Of a stretch of 64,000 nucleotides of DNA, positions 42,730 through 56,300 are shown in pieces. The DNA is taken from positions 28,810,299 through 28,874,298 of the forward strand of contig NC_134025.1 of the NCBI RefSeq assembly GCF_964204645.1, written 5' to 3'. The notes beneath the pieces were generated by a model. That model saw only the letters and a program-made list of their open reading frames with translations. It was not told the DNA's origin and made no database searches. Position 1 is the stretch's first letter. Every line of letters begins with the position of its first letter. The DNA is from Tubulanus polymorphus. Its lineage: Eukaryota; Animalia; Nemertea. The translations under genes and the position numbers were made by a program.

Positions 42730-45700
42730 ATGGCGTTTAAATCAGTGATATCTTGTGGAATATGGCTACTGTACATCTTACAAATATCTTTCGCTCAAAT
42801 AGTTACAGGTAAAATAATCATCGATGGGATTTTGTTAAGTTCAATTTAACTTTCTAAGCAATTTTGAAGTTTAATTATCATCGTTGTTGTATGTGCCTTT
42901 CCATTAAGATTATTTCTGTTGGATTATAAAATGCGTTCCTATTTTCATACGACAGATACGTACGTGGATTTGTTTAACCCGTCTATGCCATCAGGCGCTT
43001 TATCAAATGGTCAAACACGGACGATCTACGGCAGCGTCACCATAGGAAACAATGGCCAATACATCCCATCAGGTGAATAATCAGTCAATCAGCCCATAGA
43101 CTCTAAACTCCCATGATCAGCCCCAGGAACACTTTCTGAACGTATCATCTCTCTGCGAACATCTATAACATTGAGACAATGCAGTTATCATCTGATTTTC
43201 TAACTATACGTATTCTGATTTTCAGCCACAAACATTTTCCCCGCATTTGTCGTGTGTTCGCTTTTAGACATGGATTTAACGGGGCCCCCTAGTCCAATTC
43301 CAACTGCAGGAATGACTGTGGCGTATAGGCCAACCAGTGCTGTGAACTGGGGAATATTGGGCAACAGAAAATCGAGGCGAAATATACAGTTCACTTTTGC
43401 AGTCCCTGCTGATCCGGGCCTTTGTCGCGATTGTCAGTATTTATGTATCCATGTTCGATCGCCCCTTTCTACAACTGATAACAATGCAGAAAACAACTGG
43501 GGATGTGAACTTATACAACCAGCCTTGTCGTGTGACGTAGGTAGGTAGGAAGAAACTATACTTTTTGACGCGTGGTTTTTTTCAAATCTTTTTTTATGCT
43601 TTTATCGAGCGTTCGGTGCATATCGTTAAATCTTCAATCACTCAAACTTATTGAATACATTTCAATGAAAGATTGAATGACTTTCACCTGTTTCGCTTGT
43701 TTATGATTGTAAAATATTTCAACTAAGCTAGGTAATAAACTAATGTTCTTATATAGTTTAATTCGAGCATATAGCTTGAGTTCTCTAAGAATCAAAACAG
43801 GTTCCTCACCTCAAACACAGATTTTAAAAACCGCGATTTCAACTACGTAGATACTGCTGAGCTTTTTGTACGCGTGTTATTCATCAAAACAACATTCAAA
43901 TCGGTTCCAATAATACTCATATATGATTTTTGTACGGTTTTATTCGCATTACTGAGAAATGGCGGTTGCTTTGCATTTTAGATTTGGAACTACGGTCAAC
44001 AACTTTACCCCCAAAACTATTCGAGTGGCAGGATGTCTCCTCGGCATTCTCAGTTATAATAAAAGGAAGTAAATCCATAAGCGCTGTAACCGGGACTAGA
44101 GCGAATTACGAAATAACGACATTTTATTCAGCCAGTCAGACGCCTTGTACGGCTAATCAACCTGTACCCGATGGATGCCTGGCAGCTTCTTTGGGTAACA
44201 TTACAAACACGTTTACACTGGCGTCCAGACAGGTCAGCACTAATGGTATCTCGACCACTACTCTTACAGGTATAATAACACTTTCCAAAAAAACTTATAC
44301 ATCACAACATAATAATCAACCCACTCCAATCAATTGAAAGTGAAGCCAATACGATATTCAATATATATTAAATCGGCGGTGTTTATCTCAACCATCATTC
44401 TAAAATGTCTTCGTGACCTGTTTCACATAATCGGCGAATAATGATTTTGTTATATCGTTATTATGAATCTCATCCGAAACATTTTCATAGTGATTGAATT
44501 ATGTATCTATCTATTTGATTACCGTATCGGTGCTAATTCTACAAAAATGTGTACCGAATATAAAACGTTCTGTTGGTTTTATACTCAGAATGTAATTTCA
44601 ACTATTTTTTTGTAATTATTTTCTAGGTTCTATAGTTTATTCAGCATTGAGCACGGCTGCACTTTGCAACAGGAAACCGTTATATGTGTGTACTGTGGTG
44701 TCGAACTCGACAGCATCCAGCTGGAGTGAAATGGACACAAAAACAGCTAATAACCAAAAATGTAACGAAATCACTAGTCGTAGATGCAAACAGGGTTTGT
44801 ATTCAAATCTTAATATCAAATCAAATCAGAAACTTAAATTTGATCTTTAATCAAATATTATCAAAGACAATTTTTATGTTGTGAAAATAGCCGCAGCCAG
44901 AGTAGGTCTCGCATTCTCGAACCTATGACCAGCCGGCTTCAAGTGCCTTCACCTAACAGCTGGACTGTGGTAACTAATTGACAGAGTTTGCCTTGAAACC
45001 GGCGTGTGTGGCGACTCTTTTCACTAGCCATAACCTATAATTCTCTGATAATAATGGTTTTCATTCATACATTTTCTTATTTTAAATTGAAGATCCAACG
45101 ATTGATCAAGTTGTGCCAACTGCAACCTGTTTAATTAACGGCAAACAAAATGAAATCGATGTTGCGTTCGAAATATTGAATAAAGACAGAGCGGCAATTA
45201 CAAATAAAGAATTTCTGTACATCGATGCGGCAAATACAAATTTTGAAGTGGAAGGTTATTTGACAAACGCAGCCACAATCCCGCCCGATGCGACAACTAC
45301 GATATCCACGCATGCCCTAACGACGGCAGCGCCACTAAGCGGCGGTATCGATAACGTCAATACAAAAATAACGTCAACTGGAAAAGCTACTAACGTTAAT
45401 GTAAACGTCAAATGTCAAGATATCACTCACGTCTGCGCAAAACTGAAAAAAGGTTCGAATCCATCGTATTTTGATATTGATGGAAGTAACAATTACTCGT
45501 GTTCGGCCGATGCCACTTACTTCAACGACAAGAAGTCATGTGATCCAGGTATGAACCAATAGCAGCAATGATTTTTAACATTTCATTTGATGTGTTTTTA
45601 CAATTGCTATGATAACCAAAATCATCACAATTCCAACGCAGAAAGCTGTTCGGGAATGGCTTTTCGACATAGATGGAGAAAGTTAAAATGAATCTTTTTT

Positions 45701-48700
45701 TGATATTTCAGATATTTCGTTAACGCTTTCAAATCTAGTTTCAAAGCGACTGGCAACAGATGCTCCGTTAAGTAATTCATACGCTGTTGATTTGACGTTT
45801 GACGTAGCTTTTTCGAACGTCGCTACGAATGCTAAACCATCCGACGGAAACAACGTGTTGGCGCCTTGCGGAGCGTACGACAATTTTAAGTTAGTAGCGG
45901 GAATCGTGGATTCGGATTTGACGGCTTCACGAGCCGCGAATGTATGCGGTACATTACAGACGTATACTCTTACAGCTCCAGCCGCAACTCTGAAATCTAA
46001 ACTGAATCCGGGAGATGCAGCATTGACCGTTACAGGTTAGCAGAATGTCCAGAAGCCTTTTTTTCAAATGCATGTATAAAATTCCATGGTCAAATATGAA
46101 ATCATATTAGAAATGCTTTCATGATTTTCTCCACGAGCATAGCCTATACAGACTCCAAAACCCGACCACCGTGAAACAAGTGTATCTATTGTAGAATACA
46201 TTTTGTATCATGTCGTATCTATATATTTTCACAGGAATCCCAGACATAAAGAATTTACAATTGACAGAAGAATCGTGTCTTAAACCCAAATACGCGTGTG
46301 TTTGTGTATTACCTGTGGCGGCATCATTCTGGACAGACGCTGATATGACAAATAACTACGACTGTCATATCATTAAACAGGACTGCGGACCAAGTATGAG
46401 GACGAAATGAGAAACTTTTTTGTTCACATAAACCTGTATGATTGTAACTATCATGAATATATTATTGTTATAGCATTGAATAATTTGCCAAATGACACGT
46501 GTGTATATGAGAATGCAACGGCGGAAAGTATTGTGTTTAATATTGATGCGTCCGATCCTGATAACGACAAAATCACCTGGCACTGGTATGTTACTCCAAC
46601 GGGCGGCATGTTTGAAATGAAACCAGCGGACAGTAAGTCGTGTTGTTTACATCGCTTTGGTCGTAATTTTATCGAATTTAAAAACTGAATGAAAATCGGT
46701 TTATTTTAGGCGGTATAATACGTCATATCGCGGATCCAAAGTTCGACTACGAAACAACGAAAGAATATAAAATCCATGTTCTGATAACTGATGGTAAAAA
46801 TCTCGGTGTTACTGGTACATTAACCGTGTGCGTTATTGATGACAACGAACCACCGAAATTTGTGAATCTCCCCGCTGAAATCAGTGTACCAGAAAATCAA
46901 TTACACCAAGCAACTATATTCGACGTTAGTAGCTACTATCTATTCTAGAATTTCAACCCAATTGATATCGCTACCAACTGAATTTTGCGTTATATTTCAA
47001 GGTTGATGTTACCGATGACGAAAATGACGTAGTCACATTTTCGATGACGTCAGATCCTGCAGACGGGATGAATAGATTCTTCATCGATCCAAGTAGGCCT
47101 TCGATCACTATGCCTTCTATAAATGAATGAATACTTGTAATTCAGTCAAATTGAATCTTGGTTTACTTTGGTTTCCAATTTCATAATCGAAATCACTATT
47201 TTCCATTTTCCAGGTTCTGGAGCAATTTTTGTAAACGAAACCGCTGGAATTAACTACGAATATTTGTGGAATAATTATCTACCAGATCCGCAATACTTAT
47301 TGAATGTTTCCGCTTGCGACGCTCGCGGTGCTTGTGCTACCCAGATAGTTACGATAAAAGTCATTGATGTAAATGAAGTTCCATACTTTTCGCCGAATAA
47401 ATCGGTTTACTTTGAAATCAAAGAAAACCCTACAGTAAGTAATAGCCAGTATATAATAGTCGGCCAAAACTAGAATCAATTTCTTAGTACATGAACGTGA
47501 CGTTTTTATACTACATTTTAGTGGAAGGCACCGTGCACCAAATGGAATCCTTTGGTCTATCAAATTCAAGCTGGTTTCGATATCGATATGTTTGGAACTG
47601 TACGAGATGAACTTTTCTATTCGATTTACGAGAAAAAATATTCGAACGGTTTTAATCAAGCACCCCCTACAGGCTTGGACGTGTGTACATCGATCGCCAT
47701 TGATTATGAAAGCAGAACACTTCCACGTATTTTCTATTTAGGTAATTTCGCCGCTAATGGACTTCATACTCTACGCATTGTATATTTTGGAAATATGGAT
47801 CGCTCCTCAATTTTCTTCAATTTCAGATTTCGCCGTAAAAGATTCCGGTTTTAGTAATCAGGGTGACAAGAAAGCGATCGTTCCACTGACTGGGATTTAC
47901 CAGTTGAAAATATTCGTCCAAAACGTTTGCGACCATTCTGCGGGTTTTTCTGGATCATATACCGCGACTATCGATGAGAATACACCCGTAGGTACAACCG
48001 TAACTCGGGTTACTGCTAACGACAACGATCTGTGGCTTTATGGAGAGTTTTGGTTCTTCGTCGATCCTACAAACGTCGCTTCTAAGTATTTCGAAACGAG
48101 AAGACGCAGTCGAACCACCGCTGATGTGATCGTTAAATCCCCGATCGACGCCGAAGTGTATCCGACCATTGACGTACCCGTAAAAACACGTGACTATTGC
48201 GATATAGAGGCGTCTACGATACTGAAAGTAACTGTCATTAATCTGAACGACAACAGGCCAATTTTCAGCAAAGACTTATACAACTGGGAGACATCAAGCA
48301 CCTCTAGATTGAGTACAACCGTTGGCCAATTATTCGCCACAGACCGAGATAACGGTATAAATATATATATAAGTCACTAATTCACCATGTGTCCATGTTT
48401 CGTAACTGGTCACATTTTTCTATTCAAGGGGATCAAGCTACTTTGACTTACGAGATTTTACATCACGCCAGAATGTTTCACGTAGATCCGAAATCCGGTA
48501 TAGTTTCAACCTTACAGAATCCTATGTTGCCGTATCATAAATATGTTCTGTATTCGGTGGCAAATGATAACAACCCTCGAGGAAATCTAAAATCGCTGTA
48601 AGTGATATCAAAATAATAAAATGATGATGTAATTTATCGGCTTTTACAAACAAATCTTCTCATATTTCTGTTCTTTGTAGAGTGGTGACGATAAGAATTG

Positions 48701-49602
48701 ACACATATAATGAGTGTGAAGTTTTAACGAGTTGGTCGACTCAACAAGATCCGCCATATTTCACTGCAGCAAATATCCAATTATTTCTAACCAATCTCAG
48801 ACCGTTGTGTTTTCCATGTGTGGCCCGTTTACATAATATTACCACTGTCAACAGGTACATTTTCGAAAAAACCTTACCGATCAATGATTTAACAGAAGTC
48901 ACCAAACATTTTTATCCTTCGTAAATTTCTAGCAAAGCCGTTTTGTTGGTATATTTCCTGAAAGATGACAGTACGAATCTGCTCGGAAATATCGGACGAC
49001 CAAAAGAATTTCTTTCAAACGTGACCGTCATGAGTATCGTGAATGGTAAAAATTTAGCCGTTTACGGCGCCACGAAAGTGGTCAACACATGCGGAACTGC
49101 TCCGCAGGACTCGTCGACCAACAACTGGTTGATTGATACAATAGAAGGAAATATGATGCTCGGGTTTTTGTTATCGATAGCTTTGACATTATGGCTCAGC
49201 GCAATAGTCGCAATAGGCTTGAAATTGAGTGTCTTATATTGCGTGAGCCGAGATAAATTATCGTAAGTTTTGATAACATTATTTTTCAGTTTCAAAGTTT
49301 CTCGCGTCGTAATCATAACCATCGTTTACTCTTCTAGGCACAGACTCGATACCCCATTTTTAGCGGAGGGAGATTTAGATAAGAAATCGAAGCAACAAGA
49401 TGAACCGATAAGTAATGAATTTAGACAACCAGAACAACCTGGTAAATAGACTTGATGCCACTCTAAATATCCATGTCTAAATCTACTGCAGTTTTTCGTA
49501 TCAATTTATTTCTTCTTTCCAGATAAGCTACAAATATTAGACTTCCGTTATGCTGAACGACCCCTAGTGGCTAATCAATTATTACCCGATGTCAACACGT
49601 AG
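42730..49602 (+). CDS. Atypical cadherin-superfamily type I membrane protein: signal peptide, 4 Cys-containing modules, about 5 cadherin repeats, TM, short tail
   Basis: Signal peptide MAFKSVISCGIWLLYILQISFAQ; cadherin motifs (DASDPDND, FDYETTKEY, IDDNEPPKF, IDVNEVPYF, IDENTPVGTTV..ANDND, INLNDNRPIF, ATDRD); TM MLGFLLSIALTLWLSAIVAIGL. Confidence 0.85.
44890..44975 (-). repeat. Degenerate tRNA-derived SINE-like fragment in a cadherin intron
   Basis: The minus strand has an A-box-like GTCCAGCTGTTAGG and a B-box-like GGTTCGAGA; no intact cloverleaf. Confidence 0.35.
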
Positions 49603-50376
49603 GTTGCACGAATAAACACAGAATTAATTTCGTTACTTTTTATACATCACGCTTACATTGTTACTGTTGATATCGCGAGTAAATTATTGTAAATAAAACC
49701 TATGATTTATGGAAGTGAGACGCAAAGGGATTTTTTATTTGCATTTCATATGTTTTTAATTAAGTGATATTACATGGGTGATATTAGAACTGTCCCGATA
49801 TAATGGTTTGCATATAGTGGAATATTCGTTACTACGAACTTCGGGGACCAGAAAATCTCATCGTAATAACAGACAGTTCGTTTTATTTATTCACAGTAAA
49901 AATTGATAGAAATTTCTCATTTTTAAACTATTTTTGATTCGTTACATCTGAGTTCTTTTTAATGAGGTTCTACTATGTTTCACGGATGGATGGATGCGTA
50001 AATGATTAGATTCAACTATTGTATTACCAAATACGAATAAAATGATGTTTCCACAAAAAATGAAGTACTTTCGATGTTAATTAATTTTCTCTTACAATGG
50101 CGTTTAAGTGAGTGAGATGCGAAACGCGAACGTTGACAGTGATTTATTAAATCTCCACAAATATTGATTGCGGTATAAATATGTGATGATGTAAGTATGA
50201 GAACTGTCGAGGGATATCGCACAGGCAGACGGTGGAGTATACACACTCAGCGCCGCATCGTCGTTGAATATCTCGCTGAAATTTACCGCCGTCGTCGCCG
50301 CTGCCGTCGATGGAATTTCAATTTTTTAGCGCCATGAAATAAAACAACGTAGGAATAATAAAAGCCGCTAACTTTA

Positions 50377-53300
50377 ATGAAAAAAATGCACGCAAGAATT
50401 GGAATTATTTTGCTATTCTCTTCAACGGTAAGGTTTAGAAATAGTTATCATAAGAGAAAAATCACTTAAATTCAAGAATTGTTTAGATTTTCCTAAATGC
50501 CTATAAGCATTTGTCATATTTATGATGAGAAAAGATTTGATTTTTGTAAATCTCGTTAAAATGAGTGCATTTCATTTCGCGTAACTATTTGTTGAAATCG
50601 GCCTTCATTACGTGAGTGCACTTCACTGGAATCTATATGAAAAGATCCCGGATTCGATTCCAATGGATGAAAATGAAATTGACCTTTCATTCAGAGGATG
50701 CCGAGAGTTGAATAAGTACATGTAGCGAATTCTAAGGAGACTTTTGACACTATTAACTACAGAAAATGAGGTGCTGAATAAAAATCTAGTATATTGCATA
50801 TTTTGGCAAAGTGTTCATTACTGGCAATTATTGAGATGGTGAAAAACTACTCAACATTTTATTAGACACCCAATTATCGCCCATTGACGATGTAAGCAAA
50901 ATTGAATTGGCCAATTAAATTCCTCCGGAAGCCAATTATAATCTATCGGTGTTAAGTGTGATTTGAAGGTTATTTGAGAAAGATAGAGTCGTTTAATGTC
51001 TAGATTTGAGAATACTCTTGCAAGCAACCGGACTTAAGTATTGACGTGAGCCGTTTTCGCCGCGTCTATTGCGTGGTATGAAATAATACGAACAGTTGTT
51101 TATAGCACTTAAACACGAACTGTTTGAATAATACATGGATAAACCTGGTTAGCCATTATTGATCTCTCATGATTTATTGATTGATAAAAAAGCGTATAGT
51201 AACCGATTTCAATCGCAAACCGGAACCATAAAAGGAATTCTACCAGTTCTTAGAGTTTCTCTGTTAATTAATGCTAGTACCTGGAATAAGATTACTTATT
51301 GATAAGATGTTATAATTAGCGAAAATGTTGCGGATATCAGTCTTGCTCTGTTGAAAAGAATGTATTATCAATAATTTAAAAAGATTCTAGGAGCTGCCAG
51401 CGATATTTCAAGTCCCCATTCGTTTTTTTTTCTCACTGCGAATAAGAGTATATCACATCTCATAAAGAGAAGTGAAAGTGGCGACAAAAATGTCAAGCTC
51501 CTTATAAAGCTTTTATTCTAAGGACGATGGAATTCTCGTCCAGTTGACAACAAAACTAGATTGATCAAATTTCATCTGGTTTTTTTTCCTATTCTACGCT
51601 AAGCTGTGCTGTGGCTGCTGTATTCATTACGTCACGATCTTTCAATCAACTAATCTACGTTACCTTTCACCGAATATGGAAACCGGAAGTGAATGAGCGG
51701 AAGTCATGTTTTGTGTAGGTTGGCAGTCTTTTTCGATGGTAATTTAATTACTGCCATTTAGATTGATGTCTGAATGATTTCCATGGCCTTTGGGAGCAGA
51801 GGACTTCACCACAGTATATTCTATATTTAACCTATTCTATATTAGTATACCTCTATATTTAACAATTTATATATACACAAAAACATGCGTATAATTCTGT
51901 ATTTTTCATGAATAGTAGAAAGTAACACGGATAAGAAATATTTTGGAGCATACGCAGTTGATTATCCGCGGCTGTGTGTAAAATACACAGAGTTATACCA
52001 AAAATAATGGTTTTATTGACGACGTGTTAATGCAAAAATGGCGTGACACCCACAGAAACAGTGCAGAAATTTAACACAGTAGTTCCTGAAAACACGGGTC
52101 AAATCTGACCGCTAAATTAGTTTCAATGATGGATGGCGCTTTGAAAAAACGGTGAAAAAATGCCGTTGTCCTACCTAAAGAAATGCCTATTCATAACATA
52201 CTAAAAAATGCCTTTTCGGTCGCAACATTGAGGAAATTGTACCGTGTTATTTCTTATCAATAATATCATTTATTAATCGATGCTCACGTTGAATTGGCCC
52301 AGTATTTTCCGTATGTACAAATGTTTCTAACAGTGTTAACTCCAGTAAATGAATATCCCTGGGGACGTTTAAACATCCGTGCAAGCGGTTCAATAGTCAG
52401 TGCTCAGCTTCTTTGTGTAAAAATTTATTACTCAGGAAAATAACGAGATATTTTAATAACGAATGGTCCTTTGTACATAATATATACCACATCAGACGAG
52501 AATGTTCTACTTTCAGATGATAATTTACACTGAGTGCTCGATCGGAGGCGGTGGAGCCTGTTTTCTATCAATCCCAACGTCCTGGTGTCAGAATACCCCG
52601 GACTGGGTGAAGAGTCTCAGTAAGTAATGTCTCCATGGTCCTGAACGCTTGAATCGAAAAGATATGAGAAGTTCATTGACGGGAATTCCGTATGTCAGCA
52701 GATTGTGACGTCTACCGTTAATTGATTCTATTTCATGAATCCTGTGGTTTATCTTCACATTCCATTTATTTCTATGATGTGATTACTTGCAGCGGCACGT
52801 TTGTATTATCATAGCTATGTAAAGGCATAATTTTTTGACAATCTACGGCATCCATGCATTACACATATTTTCACCAGGCGCCTGCCCGTCAACTCCACCT
52901 ATACCAGATGCACAGATTGTGGCGTTAGAAATAAAGGTCGTCTACCAGTGCAGCGACCCTTTGAAGGTTTTTGATGGATTTTGGCTTTACTCGAACCGTA
53001 CCTGTTCTGGGAATCACACGTGGACGGGTACTCAATATCCGTGTAGAGGTAACAATCATCAATTCTGACTTTTCACACAACTGAAGGACATGTTGTTGTT
53101 CATATAAAACGTAGAACAATCTTTTATAGGCTATAGAAAATGATTAGCAAACATAAATGATATTGATTAGTAGGAATCATTCATCAAGTGGATTCAAGTT
53201 TAATGTCAATGTTTTAGTTTATTTTCTCGATCGGTTTGACTCTGACGGAGATCATGACCTCACCGAAACTTCGAAAAATCATTGAAAAAATTCGCGAAAG

Positions 53301-56300
53301 GATCAGAAAATGATCTTCATTTAGATCGCGTGAATTTTTGCGTAATGCTTGTAATTTAAGATATTCGATGTCAGTCTCCGCCGGATGTAGAAAACGCTTA
53401 TAAATATACACGTAATCGTAATGTTGGAGGAACTGTGCGCTACACGTGCGAGACGGGCTACGAGCCGAAATCCGGATCACTGGAATTAACCTGCGGTAAT
53501 CGTGGAGAATGGGTCGGAGAAACACCCGTCTGCAAAAGTAAGATGTAGTTTGATGTCTTGTATACGTGATTGATAATTCAGAAAACATATTTTGTAAAAA
53601 AATATTTGTTGCATATAATATCACAAGCAGAGAAGTGCAAAATCTACACGTACGCTTTCAAAAAAAGACAAAATAAAAACTTTGAAATCTTTATTAGTGT
53701 GTTCTCATATCAGTAAGCGTAAAGACTTTACTGTACTTTGAAAGATTTGATCAAAGTTCCTAGCTTTCGCTACTAGTGCTGGTTAGCACCGCGCCGTTCC
53801 TTCACAACTTTGTTCTCATATCATACATCATCAAACAAGATAACTTTACCTCTCATCCTAGAAGTGACATGTCCATACCCGGAGACATCGAAAGAGACCA
53901 AGGTGACGTTCTCATCTCTAGAATACGGTAGTCGAGTCACCTACGAATGTCTACGAGGTTTTTCACGTGTATCCGGATCCTCAAATAGAATTTGCCTCCC
54001 AAGTAGAAAATGGGACGGCGAAATGTTGAAATGTGCAGGTATATTTGCGCTCTGTTCGAATTGACTAGAACTGAGATAAAATGTATTCAAATTTAACATT
54101 GGATTTATGTTTTTGAAGTCGTTGAATGTGCTCCACCTCCAGCCATAAACAGCGGCACAAGTCAAGTAAATACATACACCTATTGGAGTTACGTATCGTA
54201 CTCGTGTGACAAGGGTTTCCGGTTGGAGGGTGATACGAAACTATATTGCGGTATGGACGGAACTTGGACTGGAATACCCCCGAAATGTATAGGTAAATGA
54301 ACGGATATCCGACCCGGTATGAGCTGCAGTTCATTCTGTCTAATGCGGTTTCTATTCTATGTTTGTGTGTCTCGCTTTTTGAGGTATTGTGTAATATCGT
54401 CATGTCGAGTTGACGCATGTAATGTGCTCTTATTTACAGTTACTTCGCCGCAACCTTATATTTCTACATATAATACATCATTCCTTCCGCAGAACTCCAA
54501 ATCTCGATACGAGAAAAGCCAATAATTGGATACGTAGAAGGGATGACATTTCTGGGTGGCATTAGTGAAGCTTTGTTTGCTCATGGACCTATAAACCTGT
54601 CACTCGTTTATTGTTCCATGGTTTGTTAATTTGACACAGCGTTGCTTTTTTGTCGTGCGTGCGCCGCATTTTTTATTCGCATAATCTTTTGTAACAGATA
54701 CAACTTGCGGTCCAGTGACGTCACCTTCTGGGGCAAACGTGACTGGAAATACAGGAGATAAAATAGGTGACGTAATAACATATTCTTGTCATCCTGGTCA
54801 TCGTTTAGTAACGGGGTCACTGATAAGGACTTGTACGAAAAAAGGATACTGGACGGGCCAGCCACCCGTCTGTAGAGGTATTCAAATATTGGACTTAATC
54901 TTGATAAATACATTTTGATTACAGACTTGTCATAAAACGTTTCAGATATCAGTGACCAATCTTAGATTTTCTCATCATTTTCAGATACGTCTTGTGGCAC
55001 TCCCTCGCAGCCTCCGCACACAACCGTATCTATGACAGGGCAGCATTATTGGGATAGCGCCACCTATAGTTGTATGCCAGGATATCGTTATATTTCGGGG
55101 GATATGACCAGATACTGCTCAGCTAATAACCACTGGACCGGGCAGCCAATGATTTGCAGATGTAAGATTTCTTGCATTACGCGATCCTCCCAATCGTAGT
55201 GAATCCTTAACCGCGTTTACGAATCTGCTCCTTAAATGTTTCAGCAATGAGCTGCCCAACTCCCGAGGCGGGAACCAATGCAATCATGGTTTCATCGAAA
55301 TCTAATTTCGAATATCTGGACACGATTGTGTACAAATGTTCACCGGATTTCAGATTAGAAGACGGTGATTTGATACGTCATTGTGGACCGAACAATGTCT
55401 GGACCGGTAAACCTCCTGTTTGTAAAGGTAAAAACTGCCGCAGTTTAGAAACGCGGCGACACCTTAAAGAATAATGTATCACTTTGATGGAAATAATTAA
55501 TCGGTTTATCACGAAATCCGTTCACAGATTTTACAAATAACTAAATCGCATTGCGAGGATTTTACGCATTAACGAACACAATCATCATATTTCAATAATC
55601 GATCTTAACTTTTCGTTTAGATCAGACACAATAAATCAAAACAGGAAAAAAGAAACCATTTTTCCATTTCTATTGACTTCTACATTTACCTGACGATATC
55701 TAAGTCTTTATAGTTGCAGTTGAATTGAGTTACATTTTATATATAACCGTGCACTAATCGATACGCGTAATGTTCAAAAGTACTTAACATAATTTTTTTC
55801 ACTTCGAAGAGGATTCCATTGTTATCAGTTCGAGTTTTAAGCGATCGAAATACTGAATGATTAAATTACAATCTAAGTGGTTTTATGCAATGCTTAGATA
55901 TCGGCTAGTATATGCGGGTCGAATTGATTATGTATATATTACAAGAAACATCGAATGACATCGAAAACCGACACAATATTAGACAAAAAGACACAAACGG
56001 CAGGTCAAATCCTTCATTACTAATACATTTTGAGTTTCCATTAAACATGCAATACACACAGCGCTGCGAACTATGTTCATATTCCGGAATTCGACTTTTC
56101 CATTGTTGTTTTCTATTTTCCGCTTCCGAATCAATTTCGAATATAAAAATTTGCATATAATTTGCATAGAATATTTCGAGCATGCGCGTTCACTTGCTTT
56201 TCAGATACGAGTTGTGGTAAACCACAATTAGCGATGGACGCCAGTGTTACATACACTGGCACGAAGTTTGGAGATTCCGTTACTTATGATTGTAATCCAG

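Noticed and set aside
53214-53624. 136-aa minus-strand ORF
   Set aside because: It is antisense to a sushi exon and introns, with no recognisable motif.
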